The position numbers and the translations under genes are program-made. The notes under the pieces were generated by a model. The model was not told the DNA's origin. It was given only the letters and a program-made list of their open reading frames with translations, and did no database searches. A stretch of 64,000 nucleotides of DNA from Octopus sinensis (lineage: Eukaryota). The stretch's first letter is position 1. Each line of letters starts with the position of its first letter. The stretch spans positions 185,380,001 to 185,444,000 of the forward strand of contig NC_042998.1 in NCBI RefSeq assembly GCF_006345805.1, written 5' to 3'. Shown piece after piece: positions 50,577 through 62,800 of this stretch.

Positions 50577-53500
50577 TAAGAAAAAAATACACCTACCTAA
50601 TTTTACAACGGTTTTACTATTGAAAATTTTGTTAAAAAAGTGTGTCCAGTCATCTTTGGAAAGAATTTGTGCCAGTGTTATCACGTCAACAATGTAGATG
50701 CACTCAAGCAGTGCAAGTTGTATGAGTGCAATACTAAAATGAACAAAAGCAAGAAATTATATGGCAATGGAAAACAAAACAAAATATCTTATTTAAGAAA
50801 ATTGTTACTCTATATTGAATAGGATTACGTATATTCTTGTTTTTGCATATCTGCATATAATTTTTCATAAATAAACAATTGCAGGTGTTTGTAAACCATT
50901 TAAGAAACACACAAAAGCTGTTCGATTCACTTCAACATTTAAGTTTAATTTGTCAAAATATTTTCGTCGGATTTTTGTCAGTGAACAGGTCGCGGTCTTA
51001 AAGTGACAAAAATATTTTGACAAATTAAACTTAAATGTTGAAGTGAATCGAACGGCTTTTGTGTGTTTCTTAAATGGCTTACAAACACCTTCCACGCTGC
51101 AATTGTTTTCGTTTCAGCACACGATCTCGGATCAAATCACTTGCTAAGCAAGTACATCTCCGTAATTTTCATAAATATTTTATTCCTAAATACCTTTACA
51201 TGCAAACAATAACTGCTGACTTTTAATGGTATCTAATTAAATAATGGTATCTAGTTAAATAATTTAAGGCAAGTAAAGTACATTTTTTTCTCAGTGTAAA
51301 TTTATAATGTGATTTAAATCTAACATCTAATAAATGTCTAAGCTTTAAATCCTACAGAGACCAATAATTAAAGATAGTAAATTAAATATGGTGCCTTACA
51401 ATGATTTGAATCCATTTAATCTTATTAGTCTAACACTTTCATCACACATCTGCTATTCTTTTAACCCTGATATGAAGAGTGAATTAAAAATCATCAACAA
51501 TATGAAGTATAATGACAGCCTTGTGAATAAAATGGTGAATTAACTGAAAGGAGATAGGTGCCACTGGCATTGGCCACAACTATGATTTCACTTGGCTTGA
51601 CAAGACCTTTGGCATTATACCATGTTTGAGCATGGTATATTACCAAAGCTCTTGGGCACTTATCACCTCCGTAAGACCCAACATTTGAAGGGTGCTTTTT
51701 ACATGCTACCAGCACAGGTAATTGTTATGTGAGACCAGCATCAGCCATGACTATGGTCTGCAAAAGGGTTACACTAAATTTCGCACAAAGTTTACTAAAA
51801 AGCTTCTAGTTTACTTTTAATTTAATCTAGCTAAATGAAAATACAAACCACTTCCATTTCAAATTTTAGCGGCTGACATTACAATCAAATTACTTGCACC
51901 AACATACATAAAATACCAAGTTATTTAGAACCTATATTAATAACATGTTAATCTTGTCAAAAGTAAATAAACAAAAAACTGTCAAATTACTGAAGACCTT
52001 ATTATAAAATTTAAAATTACAAAAATGGGTTGATGGTTACCATGTCTTACCTATCTCGGTTAGTTTCTGAATTAAATAAAGTTTGCCATTCTAGATCAAC
52101 ACCAACAATGGAGCCAGGCTGGAATGAAATTGAAAATCAAATTGAATTTTTATATCAAAAGAGTTTTTCAGAAGTTCATTATTCTTTTACTGGCTTCATT
52201 TTCTCAACTGTAGCAATGCTGGAGTACTGTTTTATTGAATGGTTAAGTCCTCCTTGACATAAAGACTCAGAATAAAATGCTCCAAAGTATGCTAGTTTAA
52301 TGTTAGCTACACACACACAATGATAACATGAATTTTGACAGAAATTCAGATGAGAGTACAAAAAGTATAGCATGGATGATCTCCCTACTATATTACTTTG
52401 ATAACTGTGAATAAGGGAAAATGGAGCACCTGATAAAATTTGAATGGAATACTGACCCTTTCATGACCATGGTTCTAATGAAATATATTGTAATTGTTTC
52501 AATAAATTTATAAGAACTTTGTAAAATAATTTAGTTTTTCATCATTTAGATAGTTTGGAACATAACAAAAGGTTTTTGAATTTAAATTACAATGGATGGC
52601 TCTAATCATTTTAAAGAAGCTCTTAGCTAAGAATTGGCTTTTATACCTAACATTCGTCAGCCTAAGAAAAGCTTGATATTATGCTCTGTAGTCTGATGGT
52701 TGCTAAGAAATCTTAATATAGAGGACCAACTTGTGAAAGCCATGCAACCTCCTGACTGTCTGACCATGAAAACTCCTGTATACCAATGACCAAGATCTCA
52801 TACATGAATCTGTCAAATATTTAGAGAAGAAATTCCAAACATAGAAGTAAAGCCTAGAATCTAGATGATCAAAGTAAACCTAGCAAAGAAAAAGGTGTAA
52901 GCAGGGAAGAAGCTAGGATGTTACAACCAACAAGGAAATGGCATGCTGAAAATGTAGAATGATGTAAGAACTCTGTACTGTGTACCAAATGCAAACTATA
53001 GGTGCACTGTAGGATCACAGGCAGATCAATAAAGAAGAAAGACTTTGTATCAAATAGATGCGCAGGGGTAGTTAGCAATAATAGTGCTTGTCAAATAAAT
53101 TCTTTCAAATGTTCTGAAAGGCTTTGTAGAAGTAACTAATAGTATGCATGATCTAGGTGACATAATTAGCAAAGGAGGATGTGCTGAAAGCATAGCACTC
53201 AGAATAAGTATAGAGTGAAAGGTTCAGGGAGTTATTTTCTCTACAAGCAGCAGAAAGATTCTCTCGTCATGTGCAGTGCAGATTGTATGATGCTTGTATC
53301 ATCATCATCATCATCATCGTTTAACGTCCGCTTTCCATGCTAGCATAGGTTGGACGGTTCAACTGGGATCTGGGAAGCCAGAAGGCTGCACCAGGCCCAG
53401 TCTGATCTGGCAGTGTTTCTACAGCTGGATGCCCTTCCTAACACCAACCACTCCGTGAGTGTGCTTTTTACGTGCCAGACGAGGCTGGCAATGGCCACGA

Positions 53501-56500
53501 TCGGATGGTGCTTTTTACATGCCACCGGCATGGAGGCCAGGCGAGGCTGGCTTTGTATATAAAGTACAATGCAATATAATAGCAAACATGGGCACTAAAT
53601 ATTAAGGAAAGTTGGGAAAAATATGAAGCAAGTACAATACACTAGAATATAATGTTAGTTTACATGAACAACAGAGCACAAATAAGTTGAGAGAAAATTA
53701 GGTACGAGAAAATTCAGATGTAGTGTGCTTGAGGGAAGACATTATTGGTACAGATATGTGACGTGTATGTAGGATGACAGTCAAGTAATGAGGTTTTAAG
53801 CAATTCGAGTGGAAGGAACATGCAGAAAAGGAAGGTCAAGGAAGACACAGAAAGAAGTGATAGAAATTGATTTCAAGTGGTTGGTTCTCATAAAAGAGAT
53901 GACAAAGGACAACATGGGGTGACATAGAGCTATGGAAGACCCATTGCAAACACAGAAAAGGAGAAAATTGACGATGTTGGTGACAGTGGTAGTATTAGTG
54001 ATGTGGTGGTGAACTCACGTGAGATAAATGTTCTATACAGTGTTGAAACTTTTCTTTATTCTTTATCATCAAAATCTTTGGTCGTGGGTGTGGAAAATAA
54101 TAGTATGGATGGGTGGAATCTTCAACTTCATCACTTTCTTCATCATCTGTACTCCATAAAAGATCATCTTCTGTGACTTGTAGTGGTTCATTCCTGAAAA
54201 AGAAATTTCAGCTGTTTTAACAAATTAATTAGTATAACCACATAAAACTTAATTATAGTTATTGTTGGTGAATAGTTGCAAACAATTGTGATCACTTAAT
54301 TAATTATATCGTTTAACAAAACAGTTATGATCTAGTTAACTCCTAGCTTACCACAGATATATATTTTATCTGAAAGAAGGCAAATGCCAAATTCAGAACA
54401 ATAAACTATTGATCAACTCGTCATTTATATACTCTTAACCCTGATCAGTATGCTAGCACTGAATTTTAGTGTGTTAAATCTTGTAGACAATGTAGAATAT
54501 GCAGCACTTCACATAAGTAAAATCTGATTACTATCATAGCAAGTTGAACAACTTACATAGAAGGCCCCTTATTGATTCATATATCTATATCAGCCAACAT
54601 GGATAGAGGCATTTTTTCACAGTTATCTTAACACCATGGCATGGCATGAAAACTAAAAAAAAATCACTATATCAATGTTCAAAACATACATTCTTGATAT
54701 GAAATAAACATTTTGGACAGTGTTTATGAACCAGAAACTGTGCTGACTCCATACTGTTTTACAAAGAACTTAAGGAATATTTCCATTATTGAAATTAGCA
54801 AGACTACATGTTTTAAACGAATTTTATTTTTATCTTTCAGTCAGGAGGGAAAGAAATATCCATGTTCCTTCACAGGACCCCTGAGACTAGTGGAAAAGGG
54901 GACAGTATCCTTAAACTGGAGGCACTCAAAGCATCAGATGATAGTGTTAAACCAGGCAAAGGATTAAGCCTGCTAACCAAGTGGGTCGTGGCAGGATTTG
55001 AACTTAGAACACATATTGCAAGGCATCTACTCTGACATTCTAATAGTTCCCCTAAACCACTATCACCCTGAATTAGTATTTTTTTGTTATTGATTCCAAA
55101 AAGATGACAAAAGGCAAAGTCGACTTCAGCAGGATTTGAACTCAAAGTTCTGTGACAAAACAAATACTGTGAGGCTTTCTGTCAGACACTCTTATCATCA
55201 TCATTATCATCGTTTAACGTCCGTTTTCCATGCTAGCATGGGTTGGACGGTTTAACTGGGGTCTGTGAAGCCGGAAGGCTTCATCAGGCCCAGTCAGATT
55301 TGGCAGTGTTTCTACGGCTGGATGCCCTTCCTAACGCCAACCACTCCGTGAGTGTAGTGGGTGCTTTTTACGTGCCACCTGCACAGGTGCCAGACGAGGC
55401 TGGCAATGGCCACAATCGGATGGTGCTTTAGTCATTTGTTACTAAATTTGGTATATTCAATTCTTTAATGGTTTTCCCCAAGGAATGAATTATGGATAAA
55501 AACTATAGATTTGTTACGAAATTTTAGCAGATTAATTTTAGGAAAAATAATGTCAAAGAGGAAATATCATAATCAAAATTAACTTAACCTTCCACTTCTC
55601 TGATATAAATAAAAATAAATGCCAGTAATACATTAATCAATACTATATACCATTATCTGCAAAAGAGAATTTTTCATAAAAACATTAATATTATGTTGAA
55701 TGTAGTAATAATCTGAGAAATAGTTAAGTGGCTACTGAAGAATTATAAGCAATTAAAACCATGCATATTGTTTCATTAAGAACTAAGTATTAATTTCTTT
55801 TCTTTCTACAATACAGGGTTTTCAGGCTAAATTTGATATTTGTTTTATGTTTCCTTTTTTCAGGAACAGCTTGATATATTGGTGAAGAGTCAACTGTGTT
55901 GGAGAGCATAAGGATTAAGGCTGTAGTAGAGGAAAAGTTAGATGACATGAAAGACTGGAAGTCATCTGACTATTGGGAAAAGAGTGACTTGTATCATGAT
56001 GATTCATACAGGGTATCAAAATGTCAACATCATGACAGCTACTTAATGCTCTGAGAACACTGTAAAGACTGTAAAACATGACAAAGACAGTTGCAACATC
56101 ATCATCATTTAACGTCCGCTTTCCATGCTAGCATGGGTTGGACGATTTCACTGAGGACTGGCGAACCAGACTCCAATCTGATCTGGCAGAGTTTCTAAAG
56201 CTGGATGCCCTTCCTAACGCCAAACAAAGACTACAAAGTCATAGCAGGTGCTCTGACTGCATCTATATACCAGAATTCATCCCCACATCTTTGAACAACA
56301 GTATAGGCTCAATTCAGATGGCTATGTAAAGCTGCTGGAGACTGTGGTCAATCCTAGGTTGGAGAGGGTTGCTGCTGGAAGACTATATGTGTGGCAGCAG
56401 GATTCATCTCCTTGTCATCCCCCCCCCCCCCAAAAAGTCAGAAGTGGTTGTCAGAAAAATTCTACGACTTCACCAGTTTGAATTTTTGGCCTCCTGAATA

Positions 56501-59500
56501 CCTAAATTGTAAACCTATGGATTACTACAAGTAGAGCACAGTTGAGAAAGACACTAATCACTTTGTGTGCAACACCAAGGCTGAGGTGATGGCCAAGATC
56601 AAGAAGGTGTTTGAAGATACTTCCCAGGGACACTATGAGGAATGCATGCACCAGCTTCCAGAGCTGTCTTGAAGCAATGGTGAAAGCCGGGGCGACTACT
56701 TTGAGTAAACTGTTATCTCCCAACCATAATTATCATTTAACATCCGCTTTCCATGCTGGCATGGGTTGGACAGTTTGACAAAAGATTGAACTAGGCTTCA
56801 GTGTTTGTTTTGGCATGGTTTTTACTGCTGGATGCCCTTCCCAACCCAACCTCTTTACAGTGTGGACTGAGTGCTTTTTATGTGGCACCAGCAGAAGCAA
56901 GGTCAGTTTTGGCATGGTTTTTGCAGCTGGATGCCCTTCCAGATGCCAACCTCTTTATAGTGTGGACTGGATGCTTTTTTATGTGGCACCAGCACCAACA
57001 GGGTCACCAAGTAACTTGCAACACAAAGATCCTTTGAGAGGGGAGGGGATATTGATGGAAGTGATCTTGTGGCAGGTGACGAGAGGTTAGAGTGTGACAG
57101 AGAGGCAGAGATAGGTGTCTAGTTGTTATTTTTTGATTTTTTTAAATGTTCTATTTACGGATGGGATATCGTGTTTTCTTTTCCTTTTATGCAAATTATC
57201 AAATTTAGCCTGAACAACCCTGTAGGTATGAGGACTGAAATTTGTTCAACTGGAATTTATTTCATCAACCCAGAAATGATGAAAGGCAAAGTCAACCTTG
57301 GTCGAAATTTGAACTCAGAATGTAAAACCCGAAGAAATGCCATCAAACATTTTGCCCAGGCATGCTAATGATTGTGTCGGCTCATTGCCTTTAGGAAGTT
57401 TGTAATAATAGAAACCTACAAACAACGTTGTCGCTCCTGTTGTAAATCAATGGGCCAATCTTCATCATCAAGGTTAAAATCATTGGCAAATCTTGCAGCT
57501 TCTTCTATCATCCCTAGTAAACAAAGCTTCTGTACCACTTTTTTCTGTGTACTTATACAATCTGCAGAAATATACTGCAAGAGAAACAAAATAGCCAATT
57601 AAAATTAGTAAAAGAAACAATCGTCATGTTTTAATTATTTTACAGACTCAATATAGTAACAAATTTTCATCTCAACTGCAAACGTCAGCACTATTAGTGG
57701 TTTAACATCCACTTTTCCCATGCTCGTGTGGGTCAGATGGAGTTTATTAAGGCAGATTTTTCTTTGGAAGAATTCCCTTCCTACTGCCAACCCTCACTTG
57801 TTTCCAAGCAAGAAAAACATTTCCCCATAGCCAAACATGATTTTGCAGAATACTGAAAATGAATGACACTGCTTGTATGACAGTGATGCTCATTTACAAC
57901 TATCACATGATGTCAAGACAAGGAGACATAAACATACACACTCTCACACATGGGTATGTGTATGTGATTGTGTGTGTGTGTGTGTGCATATATATATACA
58001 ATGGGCTTCTTTCAGTTTCTGTCTATCAAATCCACTTACAAAGTTTTTCTACCATAGTAAGAAACACTTGTCCAAGATGCCATGCAGTGGGATTGAACTT
58101 GAAACCATGAGGTTGAGAAGTAAACTTTTTAAAATACATCAAAAACAATGCTAAAATATCATGCATCAATATCATGTTTCTTTCTAATGTTGCACAATTA
58201 CCTATTTTCTGTATGGAAACATACTTGACACAAAACTTACTAAACTAAATATTTCTCTATTGCTAAAAATAGAAGTTATTTAATAATCTCAATCTTGTAC
58301 AAGTTTAACTTATTCACAACATAAAAATAATGCAAAATTGAAAACTTACCACAATCAAATCTCTCCAGTTGCAATAACTTGTTATCTAGAATTGAAATAA
58401 TAAAATTCACTTAGTAAATTAGAAGAATACAACTTAATAAAATTGTTTCACATGACTTAACCCTTTCGTTACCACCCCGGCTGAAATCGGCTCTGGCTCT
58501 GAGTACAAATGTCTTGTTTTCATAAGGTTTGAATTAAAATCTTCCATCAAACCTTGGTTACAATTTATGTTCCTAACACTAGCTTAATGATAACCAAGTA
58601 ATTTTACTAGATTATTTGTTATATTTAAAGTAATTGAAAGAAACACAGAGCATCTCAAAATAAATACAGTAACGAAAGGGTTAAGGAAAAGTTGTTCAGC
58701 TGGATAACTCTTTCAGCTATTTTTACTTCAAATTAAAGAAAAGAAATCATTTGGAAAAAACTGTAAAGAAAAAAATAATTTAGAACACCAAGTTAATAAA
58801 ACAAAAATAAAATTTTGAAATTACCTTTTTAATGTATAAATGTGAAACGTATGAAATGAAGCCCATTCTGTGTGATAATAGCAAGTTGGGACAAATTCCT
58901 AGAAAAATAATTAAAATGACATTAGTACCCAGTCTTAATATTCACCTCATCTTATGAGGTGCTATTAACACTAAAATAGGAGATATGTTAAATTTGACAT
59001 ATTAATTTAGCTATGATTAGGTAGAAGTCAGACAATCTGATAGGTGCAGAAATGGTGATGGTTTGGTAATGACTGGGTTTAGAAGTGAGAAAGGAACCAC
59101 GGATGAGAAAGGGGATATTAGTAAGTTATTGGTAGAGTGAGAGAGAGTTGAACTTAACAGAGAATTCGTCCTACACTTACAACACTGGTATGGGAGTTTG
59201 ACAGCCAAGAAGGGTTGTGATCATTGAAATATACCAAGAGGGATGAAGTAAGATAGAAGACTTCAAGGCAGTAGTAAAAGGTTTTTACAGTTGCTGAGGA
59301 GTTCAAAGAGTGGCAGTGACAGAAGATGAATTCATAAGAATAACTAGAAGTCCTTCTTATAGATTTCTAGGTGGGAAAGGTGAATGAAGGGTAGAGTAGA
59401 CAGCACATTTCAGGGTGAAATTAGACTATAGTGAATAACCTGGGAAATAGAGACAGACTAAAGAAAAGGAGTGAGTGGTTCCTCAGGGAGGAACAAAGTT

Positions 59501-62128
59501 TGTAGTTATTGTGTTAGTAAAAAGGGATATGCGGGATCCAGGTTGGACTGAAGTTCATGAATGTTCATAGAAAAGAAGGGAGAATAGTCCAGAAGATTAG
59601 ATGATTGTGAAAGGTAATTGTAGCTAAAAAGGACCATAAGAAATAGAGAAAGAAGTGGTCCAAGCAAACTAGAAGGTGTTTATGCTTCAGACAAGAATAT
59701 ACAAGTTAAAGATGAATTAATATACAGTCTAAAACAGAACAGTCTAACTTAGCCAGTATGTAAAGATGAATGTTAAAATACATATGATTATAACAATGGT
59801 GTGATGATGATTTTAAATTATAACTGTGGTAATTTTATTAAGTAGAAGCTGAAATATAAGGCAGCTAACTCACCTTTAGGAAATTCATAGAGTTTTACAA
59901 TCTTACCCAACCACTTTTTAACAATATTTCGAGAAAGTCTACCATGGAAATGTGAGTGTCTCCTACAAATAAATAAGCATTCAATCTTGTTAGTGATTGT
60001 GAAGAAAAAAAAAAAGAGAAAATATCTCAGACTAAAAAGATGAAAACTGGTTATTGTATATTCAAAAATGCATGTACAATGTTCTTAACAAACATATCAT
60101 ACTGTTTACAAACAATTGTGTTTCCTAATCTACTGAACAAATTGTTTTCCAAATAGTTAAAATATTTTATAATTGGTTTACAGTAAAAAAAATCCCAGAT
60201 AAATGCCCACACAGCTGAAGTACAAAACTATTTGAGTTGTATATTTCGGAATCGGAATCGAAATTGAACCAATCCTATGACTGGCACCCAGCAGTTGCCA
60301 GTGCCGCTGGACTGACTCCTGCCCAGGTGGCAAGTAAAGAAACATCATTTCGACCCTGTGCTTGAGGAGACCTATTGAGTCAAGTACATCAACATCAAAA
60401 ATCAATGGAAATTGTAGTTGTGATCCCTGTGCTGGTGGCACGTAAAAAGCACCATCCGAACGTGGCCGATGCCAGCGCCACCTTGACTGGCTTCCGTGCT
60501 GGTGGCACGTAAAAGAGCACCAACCAATCGTAGCCGTTGCCAGCTTCGCCTGGCGCCTGTGCCGGTGGCACATAAAAAGCACCCACTACACTCATGGAGT
60601 GGTTGGCGTTAGGAAGGGCATCCAGCTGTAGAAACACTGCCAGATCAGACTGGAGCCTGGTGCAGCCTTCTGGCTTCCCAGATCCCGGTCGAACCGTCCA
60701 ACCCATGCTAGCATGGAAAACGGACATTAAACAATGATGATGATGATACCTTGTTTATATGACTTTAAGGATGCTAAAATAATAGATGAAGTGGAAATGA
60801 AAGTCTTGCATTAAACACTCTCTCTACACATGAATAACATACAGCTGAAACCGTCAAACTAATAACCAACAATAAATCTCCCATATGTATATTCTCATGG
60901 CAACCTCATATATCTCATTACCAAAACTACATCACAAAAGTTAGGTTTCCTCAGATCCTCTACAAAAATCAGGAGTACTGCTGCTACTATACAAACACCC
61001 TAAACTATCAGCAGGTTCATATAGTTTCAGGTGTTAGTCAATGGCAACCATCAGCTCTGGTTTCCCCTGATATAACTCTATGATAAGAGATTTTACTGCT
61101 CTGAACAAGTAAACTGTGTAAATTTGAGTGTAAACAATGCCAGTACTGCCTGACTGGCCCTCGTACCAGTGGCGCATAAAAAGCACCCACTACACTCTCA
61201 GATTTGTTGGCGTTAGGAAGGGGATCCAGCTGTAGAAACTTTGCCAGATCAGATTGGAGCCTGTTGCAGCCTTCTGGCTTGCCAGTCCCCAGTTAAATCA
61301 TCCAACTCATGCCAGCATCGAAAGTAGACATTAAACGACAATGATGATGATGAAGAATCTAAGTTTTATTGTACTCCTTCACTGTTCCAATGAAAAGTTA
61401 AAATTTTAGCTGAACACATTCACAAACACAAATACGAGAATCTTTCCCAAATCTTAAAAATAAAAATAAAGATACTAATCTGACTATTTTAAGCAAAAGA
61501 GATTCCAACTGCAAAAGGGTGCAGCATTGAAATTTAGACAATATTACCATCTCAATATCAAATAACCCCATAACCAAAATTATACCAAATTATAATTATA
61601 CAGCTAATTATCAATACTTACTAAACCTAGATTCTTTCAAAACTATATTTTCTAATCGGAAAATAAATATTTGGGATCATATGTTTGTGTATATTGTTTG
61701 TTACTTCTTTATTGCCCACAAGGGGCTAAACATAGAGGGGACAAACAAGGACAGACAAAGGGATTAAGTCGATTACATCGACCCCAGTGCGTAACTGGTA
61801 CTTAATTTATTGACCCCGAAAGGATGAAAGGCAAAGTCGACCTCGGCAGAATTTGAACTTGGAACGTAACGGCAGACGAAATACTGCTAAGCATTTCGCC
61901 CGGCGTGCTAACGTTTCTGCCAGCTCGCTGCCTGTTTGTATCTGTATGAGTGAATACATTTAAATATATAGAATATATGAAGGGTCATTACCTGAGAACA
62001 TCAGCTTCGAAGTCTTCATCAAGCATGTTGTCGAAGAATCGAACAACATTCTCTCTGTTTGATATATCTTCCTCCATAAACTTACAAAATTTTCCCCACA
62101 TGTTTTTCAGTATAAAATTCAAACATTT
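26555..62128 (-). CDS. EXD3: EXD3 / mut-7 3'-5' exoribonuclease, 3' 15 coding exons (5' exons beyond the right edge)
   Basis: Exons (minus): 62128-61992, 59962-59874, 58898-58825, 58385-58350, 57574-57420, 54193-54019, 52118-52051, 50733-50597, 49102-48999, 46541-46412, 44000-43867, 37141-36923, 33035-32982, 29951-29823, 26977-26555 (TAA). Phases are continuous (2064 nt). DEDDy motifs: [31 protein letters not shown]. Mut7-C: [39 protein letters not shown]. Confidence 0.93.
27155..27364. repeat. Compound microsatellite (CT)n(TA)n(TG)n(CA)n(TA)n
   Basis: Directly visible. Confidence 0.95.
27585..27990 (-). mobile_element. Internally deleted RTE remnant (APE N-terminus joined to linker)
   Basis: [32 protein letters not shown], then [30 protein letters not shown]. 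Confidence 0.7.
28533..28579. repeat. (GA)n microsatellite
   Basis: Directly visible. Confidence 0.9.
29823..29951 (-). CDS. EXD3: EXD3 exon
   Basis: [43 protein letters not shown]. Confidence 0.93.
31529..31941 (+). mobile_element. Second HINE/Lep1-like element family
   Basis: 5' TACTAGCAGCTAAGCCCGGTTTCACCTGG; 3' TTTATATTATAGAT. Confidence 0.55.
32982..33035 (-). CDS. EXD3: EXD3 exon with GC donor
   Basis: [18 protein letters not shown]|gcaagt; matches the recalled human ARQEGRIILTSG region. Confidence 0.85.
35226..35430 (-). mobile_element. Non-autonomous hammerhead-bearing element ending in (TA)n, copy 2
   Basis: Homologous to 8089-8321 over ~205 bp. Confidence 0.7.
35326..35360 (-). 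ncRNA. Minimal type I hammerhead ribozyme, intact-looking
   Basis: Minus: GUUU-CUGACGA-A-GAGC(UCC)GCUC-GAAAC-GUU^AAAU; stem I GUUU/AAAU, palindromic ACGU stem III. Confidence 0.65.
36923..37141 (-). CDS. EXD3: EXD3 exon (start of Mut7-C)
   Basis: EEKSVNCD...[37 protein letters not shown]; ctccag/gtaagt. Confidence 0.92.
41290..43320 (+). mobile_element. Heavily decayed RTE LINE spanning APE to RT
   Basis: [43 protein letters not shown] remnants with many stops and frameshifts. Confidence 0.75.
43867..44000 (-). CDS. EXD3: EXD3 exon (Exo III, ALDAY)
   Basis: [45 protein letters not shown]; ttgcag/gtaact. Confidence 0.85.
46412..46541 (-). CDS. EXD3: EXD3 exon (lead-in to Exo III); acceptor position less certain
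   Basis: [43 protein letters not shown]; donor gtatgt; acceptor is a weak AAG, the first AG after a long T-tract. Confidence 0.85.
48999..49102 (-). CDS. EXD3: EXD3 exon (Exo II)
   Basis: [35 protein letters not shown]. Confidence 0.9.
50597..50733 (-). CDS. EXD3: EXD3 exon
   Basis: [46 protein letters not shown]. Confidence 0.92.
50883..51090. repeat. 82-bp near-perfect inverted repeat with 44-bp spacer
   Basis: 50883-50964 vs 51009-51090, 2 mismatches. Confidence 0.9.
52051..52118 (-). CDS. EXD3: EXD3 exon (Exo I, D-x-E)
   Basis: [22 protein letters not shown]. Confidence 0.93.
52680..53960 (+). mobile_element. Decayed RTE RT 3' half, interrupted by a (GAT)n element at ~53300-53550
   Basis: [35 protein letters not shown] remnants. 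Confidence 0.6.
54019..54193 (-). CDS. EXD3: EXD3 exon (acidic linker)
   Basis: [58 protein letters not shown]; tttcag/gtgagt. Confidence 0.88.
56275..56708 (+). mobile_element. Tc1/mariner (maT/DD37D-like) transposase C-terminal remnant
   Basis: [56 protein letters not shown]; C12 homopolymer frameshift. Confidence 0.7.
57420..57574 (-). CDS. EXD3: EXD3 exon
   Basis: [51 protein letters not shown]; ttgcag/gtaggt. Confidence 0.82.
58350..58385 (-). CDS. EXD3: EXD3 36-nt exon
   Basis: [12 protein letters not shown]; ttctag/gtaagt; phase 0 to 0. Confidence 0.72.
58461..58680. mobile_element. piggyBac-type MITE, family 2; other copies 46154-46374 and 32625-32821
   Basis: TTAA|CCCTTTCGTTAC...GTAACGAAAGGG|TTAA; three homologous copies. 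Confidence 0.85.
58825..58898 (-). CDS. EXD3: EXD3 exon
   Basis: [25 protein letters not shown] (cf. human CPN motif). Confidence 0.82.
58990..59720 (-). mobile_element. Possible very old CR1/L2-type LINE remnant
   Basis: Purine-skewed block with weak RT C-terminal-like peptide fragments only. Confidence 0.3.
59874..59962 (-). CDS. EXD3: EXD3 exon
   Basis: [29 protein letters not shown]; ttgtag/gtgagt. Confidence 0.8.
61992..62128 (-). CDS. EXD3: EXD3 exon (N-terminal helical region)
   Basis: atccag|[46 protein letters not shown]|gtaatg. Confidence 0.8.
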
Positions 62129-62286
62129 CTGGATAAAAGTATATAAAATAACATAACTGAGACTAACAAAGTAGCTAAATCAGATTTACAATAAAACTGA
62201 AATACAATTAGAAATATTGAATTTCTAAATGTCTCAGAGAGACATGAGCGGTGGTGGAGCGGTATAGTGGTCGTATACTGTCAACT

Positions 62287-62444
62287 CAATGTGACAGTCC
62301 GTATGGTTATTACACCACCGCCATTTAGCCCTAGGAAACATCGACGTTTCCTGTTGGCTTTATGTGTCAAAGCCGACAGAAAACGTCAATGTTTCCTAGG
62401 GCTAAATGGCGGTGGTGTAATTCCCTTATGGGACTGTCACATTG
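62287..62444. repeat. ~75-bp-arm hairpin with 7-nt loop
   Basis: 62287-62361 pairs with 62369-62444. Confidence 0.9.
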
Positions 62445-62529
62445 AAATACAATTACATCAATTTAATGAAGCAAAATAAAGTAATATTCATTACCAAAGA
62501 TCACAACATGATGGTTACCAATAAATGAA

Positions 62530-62800
62530 TCTATATACATAAATCAGTAACAGAAAAGCCAAAGAGTATGAAGAGCTGGAAAGACTGATTAAATGCAAGT
62601 ACAGGGAGTCTAAAAAGACCTGGATGAATGAACAGTGTGAAAAAATTGAAAGGCTATTCCCAGTAGGATGCAGGGTACATCAGAAGATAAATGAGATCTC
62701 TGGGAGAAAGTAAGGATGCACAAACTCCGGATGTTTCAGTGCAAAGGCTGATACGATGTTAGTTGAGAAGATTGACATTTGGAATAGATGGACAGAGTAC
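62530..62800 (+). mobile_element. RTE (BovB-like) linker fragment
   Basis: YRESKKTWMNEQCEKIE..VHQKINEISG..IWNRWTEY. Confidence 0.55.
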
